A DNA stretch of 64,000 nucleotides, taken from assembly GCA_950097015.1 (NCBI GenBank), contig CATNEN010000011.1:4092001-4156000 (forward strand). Direction: 5' to 3'. The notes under the pieces are model-generated. The model was not told the DNA's origin, did no database searches, and saw nothing but the letters and a program-made list of their open reading frames with translations. Positions 49,753-61,493 of this stretch are shown here, piece after piece; position 1 is the first letter of the stretch; every line of letters begins with the position of its first letter. Source of the stretch: Macrostomum hystrix. Lineage: Eukaryota > Animalia > Platyhelminthes. The position numbers and the translations under genes are program-made.

Positions 49753-50543
49753 TTAATTGAACGGATCGACGCACTCGCATTGAGCTGCAGCCAGGCCAGC
49801 GAAGACACTCGCCGTACCATCGACCCCGTAACTTTGTGCTGACCAGATGTCTAAGCGTTCGCCCCAGCGCCCTCGTTCGGCTGACCGGAGCCCCACACCT
49901 CGGACAGCAGCGGGGTGTTGCAGGTGTACCTGAACCAGGTCGGAGACAGAACTTCCGGGTCTATAGCCCCCAATAAAGAAGCTGCTCCCGGAGTTCACGT
50001 TGGTCTTGATCCAGTGTAGGTGCTGCGTCTCATTGCGGTCGTTGGGGTCCGAGTACTTGGTGAGTCCGGGCAGCGCATTGCACTTGACCAGACCGTCAGA
50101 CCAGCTTCTAGCGCTGAAGATACTGTAGGTGGATCCGAAGTAGGAGTTGGCGAAGCCGACGGGACGCAGCTGACCATCCGGCAGACCCGCCTGATTGCGA
50201 ACAAAGACCCATTCGAACTGGCTGCAGTCGATCCGGACCATGTGGCTGCACCTGTCGAACACGAGAGCTCGACACCTGACGCCCGAGCCGCTTCCGTCAG
50301 CGCTGGGCTGAGTCAGCTGGAATGCCTGGCAGCTGCTGCCGAGCTTCGCACATGCCGCTGCGCACACGATCTCGACTGTTCCATCTTCAGTTCGCAGCTC
50401 GCGAATGAACTCCGGTCTCAGGCACATGCGGACGAGCTTCCGGGTGAAGCCCGCGTCCTGCGACCTGGCGACAGTGACAGCGGCTGCCACGAGCAGAAGA
50501 GTCGCTAGCGTTTTACCTTGAGTTCTGAAGCCTTGTAGCAGCA
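49753..50543 (-). CDS. PAN/apple + C-type lectin gene copy B, with compensating frameshifts
   Basis: Acceptor tttcag at 50544, signal-like TLLLVAAAVTVARS, PAN Cys pattern and CTLD. Relative to copy C there is a -2 deletion at ~49938 and a -1 deletion at ~49857, plus a C-to-R change in QLRP. The first exon was not located. Confidence 0.65.
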
Positions 50544-50765
50544 CTGAAATTGAGGTAGATAACGACCTAATATTCGTGTACTGTTTAGCTATTTCTGCTG
50601 TTTGTGCAAAGCCGTTGTTAGCAATTCTCCATCGAATTGTGAACTAGACTTTATATATGCTAGTATAGGGTACATGTACATATATTTAGAGCACATGGGC
50701 TCAACTGATTCTGCTTCAAGAATTCATTTCGCTTTTTCTTTCTTGGAATGCACGTCTTGAAATAT

Positions 50766-51008
50766 ACCAATATTGATAGGCTGCAGAGGGCTGAAACGAG
50801 GTAAAACGTTAAGGCGCGTAGCGCCGAGGCGTTTCACCTCGTTTCAGCCCGAGCAGCCTGTCCATATTGGTGTTGTAGTTAGCGGTTGTGAAACGCGTGA
50901 AAGCCCGCCCGCAGTGCATATCTATGGAATTCGACCATAGACAACAGCAGAGGGCGGGCTGCCGTTAGTTTCAACCTCGTTTCAACACGCGTAGGCTATA
51001 ACTACAAT
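50766..51008. mobile_element. Double-palindrome element (unclassified MITE, possibly Crypton-like non-autonomous)
   Basis: ~41-bp inverted arms at 50766-50870 surround GGCGC-GTA-GCGCC. A second nested inverted-repeat module spans 50873-51008. Confidence 0.5.
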
Positions 51009-52093
51009 ATCATAGCAGTTAATTCTTAGTAGAAAACGTGCTTGTGTTTTTTGCGATGATGATCAACAGCTTAAATCTGATGATGATTAGCTGATGAGAA
51101 ACTGATCGAGATGAAACTGAAGTTATTACATTGGTAAATGATTACACTGAGCGAGATGACATGACACATAAGAATTGAAATACAAAAGTGATGAGACACG
51201 CGAGAGATGAGTCTGGAGGGAGACGGTGAAGAGATACTTTAAACATGAGATTTCACAGGAGGGGTGGGACACTAGCAACGGCTGTTGGTAGTGGCCATGG
51301 AATAGGATTTAGAGGCTTTGTAGGCCGGAGGTTGCCTATTCCCATATGGTAGGGATATACAATGGGTATTCTATAGCCAATGTTAATTCAGCCTCAAAAC
51401 TCCGCAAAAAAAGGAAAAAAAACGTTAACGGACTGAGTCAAATCGTATTTAGGATTGGTTTTGAGTCTGCATGAGTAGGAGCTTGTTCATAGGTTTAGGT
51501 AGCAAATTTTACTGTGCTTTATTGAGTGCCGATAATGATAAAATTGCAAGAGATGGCGGGCACAACTCATAAAATTGTTGCTTCATCATTACTAAGCCAT
51601 GGAAGGGAGCATAGGCATTTTCCCGTATGCTAGACCTATGTCGAGATATTTAATTGCCTTTACTCATCTGCCTCAGTAAAAAGACCCGCATCTGTGAGCG
51701 GCCCGCGTGGAGTTTGCATGGATACAAAATAACTATTTTTAATAGCAATAAAATACAATAATTGCTTAAATAGTGGTTTGGTGGATATTGTATAAAAGGC
51801 AAATTAGCAAAATAAAATAAATTTTAACTCGAAAGTAAATAGCGAGTTTTGTACCGAAAGTGGCTGTGTTTCTAATGCGATAAAACAAGTGCATGAAACA
51901 ATCGAAGTGCTATGAAAAGAACAGTATTGCCCTAAACAGCGGTAACAAAGCGAATGATAATCTTAACTTCGCCCACGAAGAAAGGATTTCTAAAAAATAA
52001 CAATTCTACAGAAAATAATTATCGCAGTACTAACTTGCAGTACCTTATATTTCTGCGATATTAAAATTATTCCTTAAGCCCCTTAATTAGTCC

Positions 52094-52872
52094 CTAAGCA
52101 AATGGGTCAATGCACTCGCACGCAGCAAAGTTGACGCCGAATGAAGTATCAAACGTGTCGTCAACGCCGTAACTGTGTGTTGACCAGATGTCCAAGCGGT
52201 TCGCCCCAGTGCCCTCGTTCGGCTGACCGGAGCCCCACACCTCGGACAGCAGCGGGGTGTAGCAGGTGTACCTGAACCAGGGGTCGGAGACAAGAAACCC
52301 GGGTCTATAGCCCCCAATAAAGAAGCTGCTCCCGGAGTTCACGTTGGTCTTGATCCAGTGTAGGTGCTGCGTCTCATTGCGGTCGTTGGGGTCCGAGTAC
52401 TTGGTGAGTCCGGGCAGCGCATTGCACTTGACCAGACCGTCAGACCAGCTGCTAGCGCTGAAGATCCTGTAGGTGGATCCGAAGTAGGAGTTGCCGAAGC
52501 CGACGGGACACAGCTGACCGTCCGGCAGACCTGCCTGATTGCGAACAAAGACCCACTCGAACTGGCTGCAGTCGGTCCGGACCTTGTGGCTGCACCTGTC
52601 GAACACGAGAGCTCGACACCTGACGCCCGAGCCGCTTCCGTCAGCGCTGGGTTGAGTCAGCTGGAATGCCTGGCAGCTGCTGCCGAGCTTCGCGCAGGCC
52701 GCTGCGCACACGATCTCGACGGTTTCATCTTCAGTTCGCAGCTCGCGAATGAACTCCGGTCTCAGGCACATGCGGACGAACTTCCGGGTGAAGCCCGCGT
52801 CCTGCGACCTGGCGGCAGTGACAGCGGCTGCCAGAAGTACTAGCAGTGTCGTGTGTCTTTTCTGAATAGTCA
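52094..52872 (-). CDS. PAN/apple + C-type lectin gene copy C (intact main exon)
   Basis: 259-codon ORF after a ttttcag acceptor. PAN: VCAAAC..SCQAF..RC. CTLD: CPVGF..YFGSTY..W..C..FFIGG..WGSGQPNE..ACE. The first exon was not located. Confidence 0.8.
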
Positions 52873-53219
52873 CTGAAAAATGTAAATGCGATTCACCTCG
52901 TAACCATTTTTATTGTTACAAGTGTACTTGTGCATATTATACTTACTTGAAGAGTTCCTGAGTTTAGTCACTTCTGATTTATCTATTTAACAAAAAATTT
53001 CAGTCAGACTGTATGGGCACAGCAGATGCAGCAAAGCTCCAAAAATTTTGCAGTGGCTCACTGGCTTCGTATATTCTGCTCTGTACTATCAGCGCATACG
53101 GCTATTTACTGTAAGCATGCCTTTCCAACAGCACCGCTTGGTCCAATCAGAAGCGTTATAAAGCACTGAAGTTTATTGCATAGCGATTATCGATGGGATG
53201 GGTAAGCAGTTGGTATATA

Positions 53220-53831
53220 CTCAGCAACAGCTAAACCCCCCCCCAACTCACGCTGTCACACGGCCCAAAAGTTTTGTATGCCATCGGTGACTCAGAAATG
53301 TGTGAAGACTGCCGCCGCCAGACGCGAGCGCAAAGTGCGGCATGGGGGATTTGGGGAGGGGGTGGCGCAACTCAACCCACTGGTGGCTGCATTGCGCAAT
53401 GGTAAACCATCAGTAGTTAAAGAGGAGGGTGCAAATCAATATTACTTGAATTTGGCACAACGACAACGCTGCGCCACATCGAGCAGCACACGTGCAGCTT
53501 CTGAAGGAGCAGCTCGGCATTCGCACATTGAACTGGCCGTCAAAGTCTCCAGACATGAACCCCATCGAGCATGTCTGGGACTTTGTAAAGCGAAGAGTTC
53601 AGCAGGATGCCCCACAGAATGCTGAACAGTTGCGACTGGCGGTGCTGAATGCCTGGCAGCAGCTGCCCCAAGAGTTCATCAACCGGCTGGTGATCAGGAT
53701 GCCACGACGAGTCATGGCACTTTTGCATGCTCGTGGTTCCTACACACGATACTGAGACTAGAATTAAAGACATAGCTTAACTTTTGTGCCCGTGTGACAG
53801 CGTGAGTTGGGGGGTTTTAGCTGTTGCTGAG
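53220..53831 (+). mobile_element. Tc1-family deletion derivative with intact TIRs and the transposase C-terminus
   Basis: ~55-bp TIRs (ctcagcaacagctaaacccc..actcacgctgtcacacgg..caaaagtt), TA flanks, and WPSKSPDMNPIEHVW...RGSYTRY* at 53492-53755. Confidence 0.92.
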
Positions 53832-54266
53832 TATATACGAGCTAGAAATCAAAGCTAAAAGTTCAATTGCAAAGCGTATAAGAACTTTATCTGAGTTTCG
53901 ATACATCGCTCTGCAATCAAGTGATTTGGAAGCTGTTGGGCAGCTGTTTGGCAACTGTCTCTTGAAGGACTTCTGACCTAAAGTACATGAATTCGTAGCT
54001 AAAGTAAAATAAGTTGAGACAGAGAAAAATAATTAATTGTTCTTGTACTGCGACACTGAGCAGCTGTACTCAGCCTTTGAAAGTGCCGCGCAACAGCAAT
54101 GGCTTGTGCCGCTGGCCTCACTCATGTGCTTGGTGAATTGCAATTTATTTTTCTCACGGCTTTTTCAGTGTCACTTCTTTTAGTTTCGACATTCCAGTGT
54201 GTAAATTTTCCTCACACACACACACAAACTCACATATATAAATATATATTCGCTAATGAGATGATG

Positions 54267-54545
54267 AGGTTGTAGCCTTGTGTGAAGAGCGTCGGACTCG
54301 CCACTTAAGGTCCGGGGTTCGAATTACGACTCCCGTTGGAACGATTTGTGTATTTTAGTAAGACACTTGACTCTGCGTTGCTTCAGTTCACCCAGCTGTT
54401 AAATGGGTCAGCCGGGGTAACTGAGGGTTGTGGCCCACCAGTCCATGGACTGAACAGCCGTAAGCATCCTTCAGATGCGCCACGCTGCAATAGCTGTGGC
54501 TGTGCTGCGACATCTGACTTTTAAGGGCAGGTGTAATCAGCTATT
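54267..54545 (+). mobile_element. SINE family B (CORE-type), full length
   Basis: Head gaggttgtagccttgtg...ggttcgaatt, CORE block gcgttgcttcagttcacccagctgttaaatggg, and tail gggcaggtgtaatc. Confidence 0.85.
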
Positions 54546-56073
54546 GATAACTGCTAGTATATTGTGGCGATTGCAGCCACGTAATGTTAAATTTTGTTTG
54601 GCGGAGAACAGGTTAAGTGCAGCGCGTTCCAAAAGATAGTGACTTATAGGCCGGCGCGTGTACATGAGCTTAAGCCCTATGCACACTGCCCCGGCCCAGC
54701 GCAAGTGCTAGTCAAAGTTGGGGTGGCCGCCCTAGCACCACGCAGGGCGCTGGAGAGAGCGGCCGCCACAAACTTGGACAATCCGCATATAACCTAGCAT
54801 CCATCAGCTATCTATATATTCCCTTGAAATTTTGCTGCTAACCAATTATAAAAACGTAGCTGTTTTAATTGCAACTGTGCAATAATAATTTTTTGACAGT
54901 GATGAAGGGGTTTAAAGTTAGGTTTGTTATGGCCGAAACTTTTTGAGGTCAAACCTTTTGAGCGCCGATGAAGTGTATAATTTGACTGCTAAAGCACTGC
55001 AAGGAAGGCTCAATAGGCCTCTTTAGTGTAATTGGTTCAATCGCTTTCAGCAATCAATTAGTATATTGACGTTAGGAGATATGGTACTACACAAACGTTG
55101 TTGAAGTAATGTGGAAAGTGCTGAAATTGAGTCGAACTGATGAACGGAGAAATGTTGCGGCTTTTAAGTGTAAAACGAAACAAAACGAACTAAAACGAAA
55201 CGCGAAGCATCAAAATTATAGAGTAACAATGCAGCTGATGTGTATTTTTTAGGTTTATTCCATAGACAATTTTGTTCCTTTGCTTCCCTTATTGATGATG
55301 CACAAACTACGCTACTTGTTAGTAGACATTTTTGCCACTTTTTTTAGAGCAAGACTTTTCGCAAGTGGTCCCAAGTGGTTTGATTTTGTTAAGCTGACTA
55401 ACTTGCCTAGTGTCCCTGATGCCTATCAATAGGTTGTGCTTCTGGTAGGGAACCTCTCACATCTCGATGACTCGATGATCTCGATGATCTCAAGACTGAT
55501 AAGGAGTCACCATCAGTAAGATCAGGTAGGGCAAGACGCCCCTGGCTTGGAACTGAGAGCAAAAATATGTTTACAAAAAACCAATTAGCAAAGTAAAAAA
55601 ACCACAAATCCAGGAATGCTGTCAAAAAGAAAATTTCGCTCTTTACAAATTAAATTTCTAAATTGCTGCAGGTCAGTGGTTGCTAATTGGCTGCCGCTTA
55701 AAATAGTTGAATTAAATTTCTTGAAATTCACTTAGTAAACGAAATATTTAAATAGCTGGCGACTAGCGACAGTGCTGATTTGTGAATTAGGGGTCTCTGT
55801 AGCAACGATAACAATCTATAAAAAACGAAAATCTCGCTGCCATAAATGCTAGACTGTCTAGTCTAGCGAAACTCAGTTGAGTCAAGAATTAAAGCCATTA
55901 TTGAGCTGCTGAAAATTTAAAATCACATAACAAATGCGGATTTAAACGACCTTCAAGACCAACAGCCATCACAATATTCGCATCAGCAAAAAATTTGTGA
56001 GCATCAGAATACTTTTTGCCGCTAACTTAAAGCTACCTGCGCTGCACAATTAAAAAACGAAAATTAGCTTCCA

Positions 56074-56331
56074 ATGCTCATAAAACAGAGCAAAAAGAGG
56101 TTCGCTCTTCTTGCTGTAGCTGTCCTCGCTTTGAGCAGAGCCCCGCTTGCCAGTGGCTCCCAAACTTTGGTCCACAGCTTCGCCATGAGGTTCGTCCGCA
56201 TGTGCCTGAGACCGGAGTTCGTTCGCGAGCTGCGAACTGAAGATGAAACAGTCGAGATCGTGTGCGCGGCGGCCTGCGCGAAGCTTGGCAGCAGCTGCCA
56301 GGCCTTCCTCAGCCTCGCGTGCACTGCTTAA
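56074..56331 (+). pseudogene. PAN-lectin copy D, inverted and truncated, with its own ATG and signal peptide
   Basis: MLIKQSKKRFALLAVAVLALSRAPLASG followed by FVRMCLRPEF...CQAF, nearly identical to the other copies, then a switch into Gypsy integrase-like sequence. Confidence 0.7.
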
Positions 56332-56790
56332 CTCAACTGCCACCTGAAGGTATTCACTGGGCGCGAACCCTGTCTGGCTGCTATTAGCCAGCAGACGAGG
56401 CGATTTTAGGCTTGTCTGCGTATGTGCGTTGTCAAGGAGCATTTGATTCAGGAGGCTGCTGAGCAAAAAAGCGGCTACGGCAGATCGTCCACGCAGCTTC
56501 GCACTTTCCGCCAAGGCGACGCGGTCCTGTTGCGGCGCATCGAGCTCAGAGGCTCCAAGCTGGCGCCATTCAGGTAGCCAGGCTGGACGGTGCCGTTGCC
56601 ACGGGACCTTGTAGTCAGCATTCGTAAGAGCGCATAGGTGCGCAAGGTAAATGTCAATCGCCTTCGGCCACGAATCATGTCGGTGCTAGACGGTGAGCGT
56701 TTCGTGCAGCCGCATTTTTCATGCGTGCTGCACGGCTGCGAAGATGCTGCAGAAGATAAGGTGATACCCGCTGCGAGGGAGGATGCTGGT
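56310..56790 (+). mobile_element. Degenerate Gypsy-type integrase C-terminal fragment
   Basis: Conceptual translation gives VFTGREP, FRQGDAVLLRR..RGSKLAP and RKVNVNRLRP with stops, followed by a purine-rich gagggaggatg (possible PPT). Confidence 0.55.
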
Positions 56791-57455
56791 GAAGAGCTAT
56801 GAACCCGGCTAGTGATTTCATGCGAATGGACTTTGTCTTACAATGGACTGTTTGCTTAGACTGTTAAGGACAATGCCTGGATTTCGTCTTTTGTGTTTCG
56901 CTGATTAACAGTTCTTTTTAATACTCGACATAGCAATATAGAATTATGCAATGAAAAAGCACATGTTTTGAATTCGTAGTTTCGTTGAGCAATTTTCCGA
57001 TTTCCTCCAATATTTTGCGTGGGAGGATTGTTGTGTGTTTTGCTTGTTGTAGGAGTATGCTCACTTTCGCTAATGTACAGCACTCGGTGCACACAATTTC
57101 TCTCTCTTTTTTATAGCTTGTTGCGCAATCGATTGTCAGTTTTATAAGTGCGACCTAGTTCCTTAACTCAATAAACGTCAAGAGGTTTTGTCAACTCAAA
57201 TTGAAAATAATATTACTCTTAGTATGCACTCATTGCTAATTATGGCGAACTGTGTGCTAACTTTTTAGGCTAGCAGCAAAAAATGGTTCTCATTGTTTGA
57301 GGAATAGCTAAATTCTCAAGAATTACTATCTTATAGCCTTCTCAGTAGATGTAGCGACAGCTGTTAGCTATTTAGTGCAATTATTTCCCTTTTTATTAGT
57401 TGCCTGGGCAAAAGCTAGGTTGCTTCGCTTCGACTTGCTTAAAAAAACACAGCGA

Positions 57456-58350
57456 TCAGGCGAAAGGATCAATGCACTCGCACAATGCCAAAGCAGCCCA
57501 GTTGGCAGCATCAGGCCCATCGTTGAACCCGAACGAGCTGCCTTTCCAGACGAGCAGTCGGGTTTGCGATGGACCGCCTTCTGGCTGAGTGGGCGCCCAT
57601 AGGCTAGCAGAAAAACTGACGTTGCAGGCCTGCCAGAACCAGGGGTCGGTGTTGGAGCTGCCGAGCCGGTATCCGCCAACATAGAAACTTTTGTCCGTGG
57701 TCAGAATATTTTGGTTAAAGTGCAGGTGCATTGTTTCGTTTTTGTCGAAGGCATCGGCGAACTTGGTGAGTCCGGGCAGCGCATTGCACTTGGTCAGACC
57801 GTCAGACCAGCTGCTAGCGCTGAAGATCCTATAGGTGGATCCGAAATAGGCGTTGGCGAAGCCGTCGGGACACAGCTGACCGTCCGGCAGGCCCGCCTGA
57901 TTGCGAACAAAGACCCACTCGAACTGGCTGCAGTCGATCCGGACCTTGTGGCTGCACCTGTCGAACACGAGAGCTCGACACCTGACGCCCGAGCCGTTAC
58001 CGTCAGCGCTAGGCTGAGTCAGCTGGAAGGCCTGGCAGCTGCTGCCGAGCTTCACGCAGGCCGCTGCGCACACGATCTCGACGGTTCCATCTTCAGTTCG
58101 CAGCTCGCGAATGAACTCCGGTCTCAGGCACATGCGGACGAGCTTCCGGGTGAAGCCCGCGTCCTGTGACCTGGCGACAGTGACAGCGGCTGCCAGAAGC
58201 ACTAGCAGATTAGTCAGTTTGACGAGTGGCACTAGTATTAGGATTTGGATAAAGACATTGTGAGTAAAGTACCGATTAGAGTTCAATAAAATGTCACAGC
58301 AAACACAGCCTCTTACTTGGTGTTGCCGCTATCTCTGACAGACGATGCAT
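57456..58350 (-). CDS. PAN/apple + C-type lectin gene copy E (complete 2-exon model)
   Basis: Exon 1 58350-58317 (MHRLSEIAATP, phase-1 gtaaga). Exon 2 starts at 58231 (or 58201) and runs to the stop at 57456. It encodes a signal peptide, a PAN domain and a CTLD with WAPTQPE and FND. Confidence 0.8.
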
Positions 58351-58496
58351 GAAGCAATGTGCTGCTTATCATCGCTTTCATTTATATTTTGAAAGATTGA
58401 AAACATTTGCTTTTAGCTTGCGTTTATTTCTCCTTTTTTTCTTTATTGGTGAGATTTCATAAACCAATCAAAGCGGCAAGCATCGCTAGGCTAGGC

Positions 58497-58860
58497 CATT
58501 GCAGCTGAGTCTACTACCCACATGGCTGAGTCTACTACCCGCATGGCTGAGTCTACTACCCACATGGCTGAGTCTACTACCCGCATGGCTGAGTCTACTA
58601 CCCGCATGGCTGAGTCTACTACCCGCATGGCTGAGTCTACTACCCGCATGGCTGAGTCTACTACCCGCATGGCTGAGTCTACTACCCGCATGGCTGAGTC
58701 TACTACCCGCATGGCTGAGTCTACTACCCGCATGGCTGAGTCTACTACCCGCATGGCTGAGTCTACTACCCGCATGGCTGAGTCTACTGAGACTACTACC
58801 TGTTTCGCTGAGTCTTCTGCCTGTGTGGTTGAGTCTACTCCCTGTGTAGCTGAGTCTACT
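58497..58860. repeat. 21-bp minisatellite (CATGGCTGAGTCTACTACCCG), degenerating at the 3' side
   Basis: Direct reading; it lies immediately upstream of lectin copy E's CCAAT-containing region. Confidence 0.95.
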
Positions 58861-59629
58861 AACTCGCTAAGTAAAAAAGGCCACTTAAACTTTATATGTT
58901 CCGCAAAAGTTATTGGAACGGAAATCATTGGCAATGTGATATAATATTTTCTAATAAGGCTTGAACGTTTCATACACAGTTCATAAATTGTCTTAACTGC
59001 AGAACTCACAAGTACGAGTGTCACCTGCAGCAGAAGTTTAATTTATTGAAATCAATATCTGTCACCCTGTCCGATGAATGTGATTTATCCCAGAAGCAAT
59101 TGACAGGTGAGACCATAGATCTTATACATTCCTATGATGTAAGATCTATGGGTGAGACAGATGTCGAACCAGGAAGCATTGATGTCTTTGTGAGTATATT
59201 TAAGTTGTTTGTTGTCAATAAAGTTGCTTTGTTACTTCTCAGGCTTTCACCCCACGTTAAGAGATGCCTTTTTACAGATAAGAAGGGGGGAATGAAATAC
59301 AATACCCTTAAGTGCTTGCTGACATGACTTCTAACATACTGACATTTGTCAACTGACAGATTTTGACAGCTTAGAGATTTTTTTCTTAATTTTGATTAAG
59401 AGTCTGAGAGGGGTTTTCAATGATTACAATATTCCCTATTCTCCCGCGATCACTCCCTCTTTTAATAAAGGTTTATTCAAATTCTAAAAGCAACAAACCT
59501 GTCCGACTGCTAATGTTCATTCACAGGATCTTGATTAAAAAATAGAGATGAGACATGAAATTGATAACACCCTGGGGAGATAAAGCGCCGTGAGATGAGG
59601 CAGAGTGTAATGAAAGGAAAAAAAATTTA

Positions 59630-59865
59630 CAAGGGCTTCTGGCAATGGCTCATTATTTGGTGACAGCGAGGAGACAATCCTGCCCATTTCGCTGACTCCG
59701 GAGAGCACACATGCACACAGATGTACATCCGCCCTGACTTTCTCATCGTCACTTTTACTGTGCCTTGGAGGTTTCCCTCAACGGCGTAAATTGCATGACA
59801 AATTGCACGACATGCCAATTCTCTCCGCGTTTGCGCCCCAAATGAATGTAGCCTCGCCGCGGAAT
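59630..59865 (-). mobile_element. SINE family A, diverged copy
   Basis: Reverse-complement match to the family-A body. Confidence 0.75.
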
Positions 59866-61493
59866 CATGGACTCATATCATTATATGACTACTCATATGA
59901 TAGTAGTATTATGAAATTTTGCACTATTCTTATTCTGTCTCTCTTTGGTCATCAGTGGCAAGAAAATAGACGTCCTTTTTGACCCAGAATAGCTGTGCAT
60001 TTGACGTCCAGGACGCGGCAAAGTCGACGGCTTTTCGGCGACGATTTCTACACTGCGATATTATAAAAGGTAGATTAAATTGATGCTTTTTACACATAAT
60101 TAGCCACTTAATATGTCTTAAAGATCAAAATATGAGCAATTTTTCAACCTCCTGTCAAACACAGTCAGTGTTTTTATCCGATAAATGTTAAAACGTGAAC
60201 GTAAATTACTTTTTACGTGCTTAAGCTTAATTGGGCAATAAAGAAAACACTACGATGATTAACATATTGGAAAAAAAGCTTTGTAATTTTTAAGCTAGAC
60301 TTTAGCTATTAGTAACTATTAGAAATTAGGAGATTTGAATATGTTTTCATTAAAAAGCGATTGCCTTTTTTACGTATGACTGGAGTCCGTCAGGCCTTTC
60401 AACGGACTCTACCCAGCGCAATATAGAGTAAAACGGTCGCAGCACACTCATTATGAATGTCCTCCGTCCGAAGAATAAAAATGATTAAGAATGATACTTG
60501 ATAATCAATCTAGAAAATATGGAGACAACGAGTAGATATAGAACTTTAAACTTTTGAAATTTATAAATTGCGTATTAATTACTGTTCGGTTTGCTTTGAC
60601 GGTTTTACGCAGTTTCGTAATTTCGATTTGCTTCTGTTTTCAAAGTTTAATTTACTAGTAAAAATATTTTTTTCATATAAACGTCGTAGTTGTTTTGGTT
60701 TAAGACAAGAAAATACAAAGGAGAAATAGATACATTTCATAAATATTGTTGCGACTTGTTTAAATTTTGTGATTGCGCAAGTTAAATGGAACGGTATACG
60801 TCATAAGGTTTTATTATTGCAAATTCTCTTAGCTAAGTAAAGTGTCTGACAATTTCGACTTAACAAAAATTGTCAGGTTTAGAGCTATTTTATTAATGTC
60901 AAAAAATAATCAGGAATAGAAAACTCTCAATTTTGAAATCCTTTTTTTCTACGAAACGATTTTTATATCCGCGTCTTCTAGCTCGCTTGATTAGTTTATT
61001 AAAAAAACTGCAACTTTTGTATTCTTAGCAGTTGCTTAAATCATGTAGTTTTTATATTCAGCAACGCCAGTAAAAGGCTTACTTTTGTCAAAAGTAGTTT
61101 TAAACAAAAAATCACCTTTCTTATGTAGACATTAAATTATATCAGCTGTGAATAAAACAGGGTACCTATACTTTTGAAAGAAGTTCTAGACACTCACAAA
61201 GTTGTGGAATGGATAAATAAAAGTATAAATAATTTCTAGTTTATTTGCTATTCAATGTTAAAATTAGCTACTTTTTAAAAACTGTATAGCTATATTTACA
61301 ATGTATTGCAAGATTTTTGTAATACAATTGTATAAAAGTATTACAGTATTATTGCATTCAAATATTAAAGCTATTAAATTGTATTAAAGTTAAGAGAAAT
61401 TAAAAATATCATGAAATTCATAAAAACGACAAAATAATAGTATTTATGAATAATATTTTTTTTTGTGATACAATTCTTTCAGTAAACAAATAA

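Noticed and set aside
51074-51125. CTGATGA...GAAA motifs suggesting a hammerhead ribozyme
   Set aside because: No convincing stems I-III could be built around the core.
47920-58169. Plus-strand ORFs antisense to the lectin copies (47920, 50020, 52364, 57711)
   Set aside because: Shadow frames of GC-rich coding sequence, repeated only because the sense genes are duplicated.
58491-59024. AESTTRM and VVDSAMR repeat ORFs (mucin-like look)
   Set aside because: 21-bp minisatellite open on both strands, with no splice context linking it to a gene.
59985-61480. AT-rich block resembling a non-autonomous DNA transposon (weak similarity to 12560-12960)
   Set aside because: Termini and TSD could not be defined by eye.
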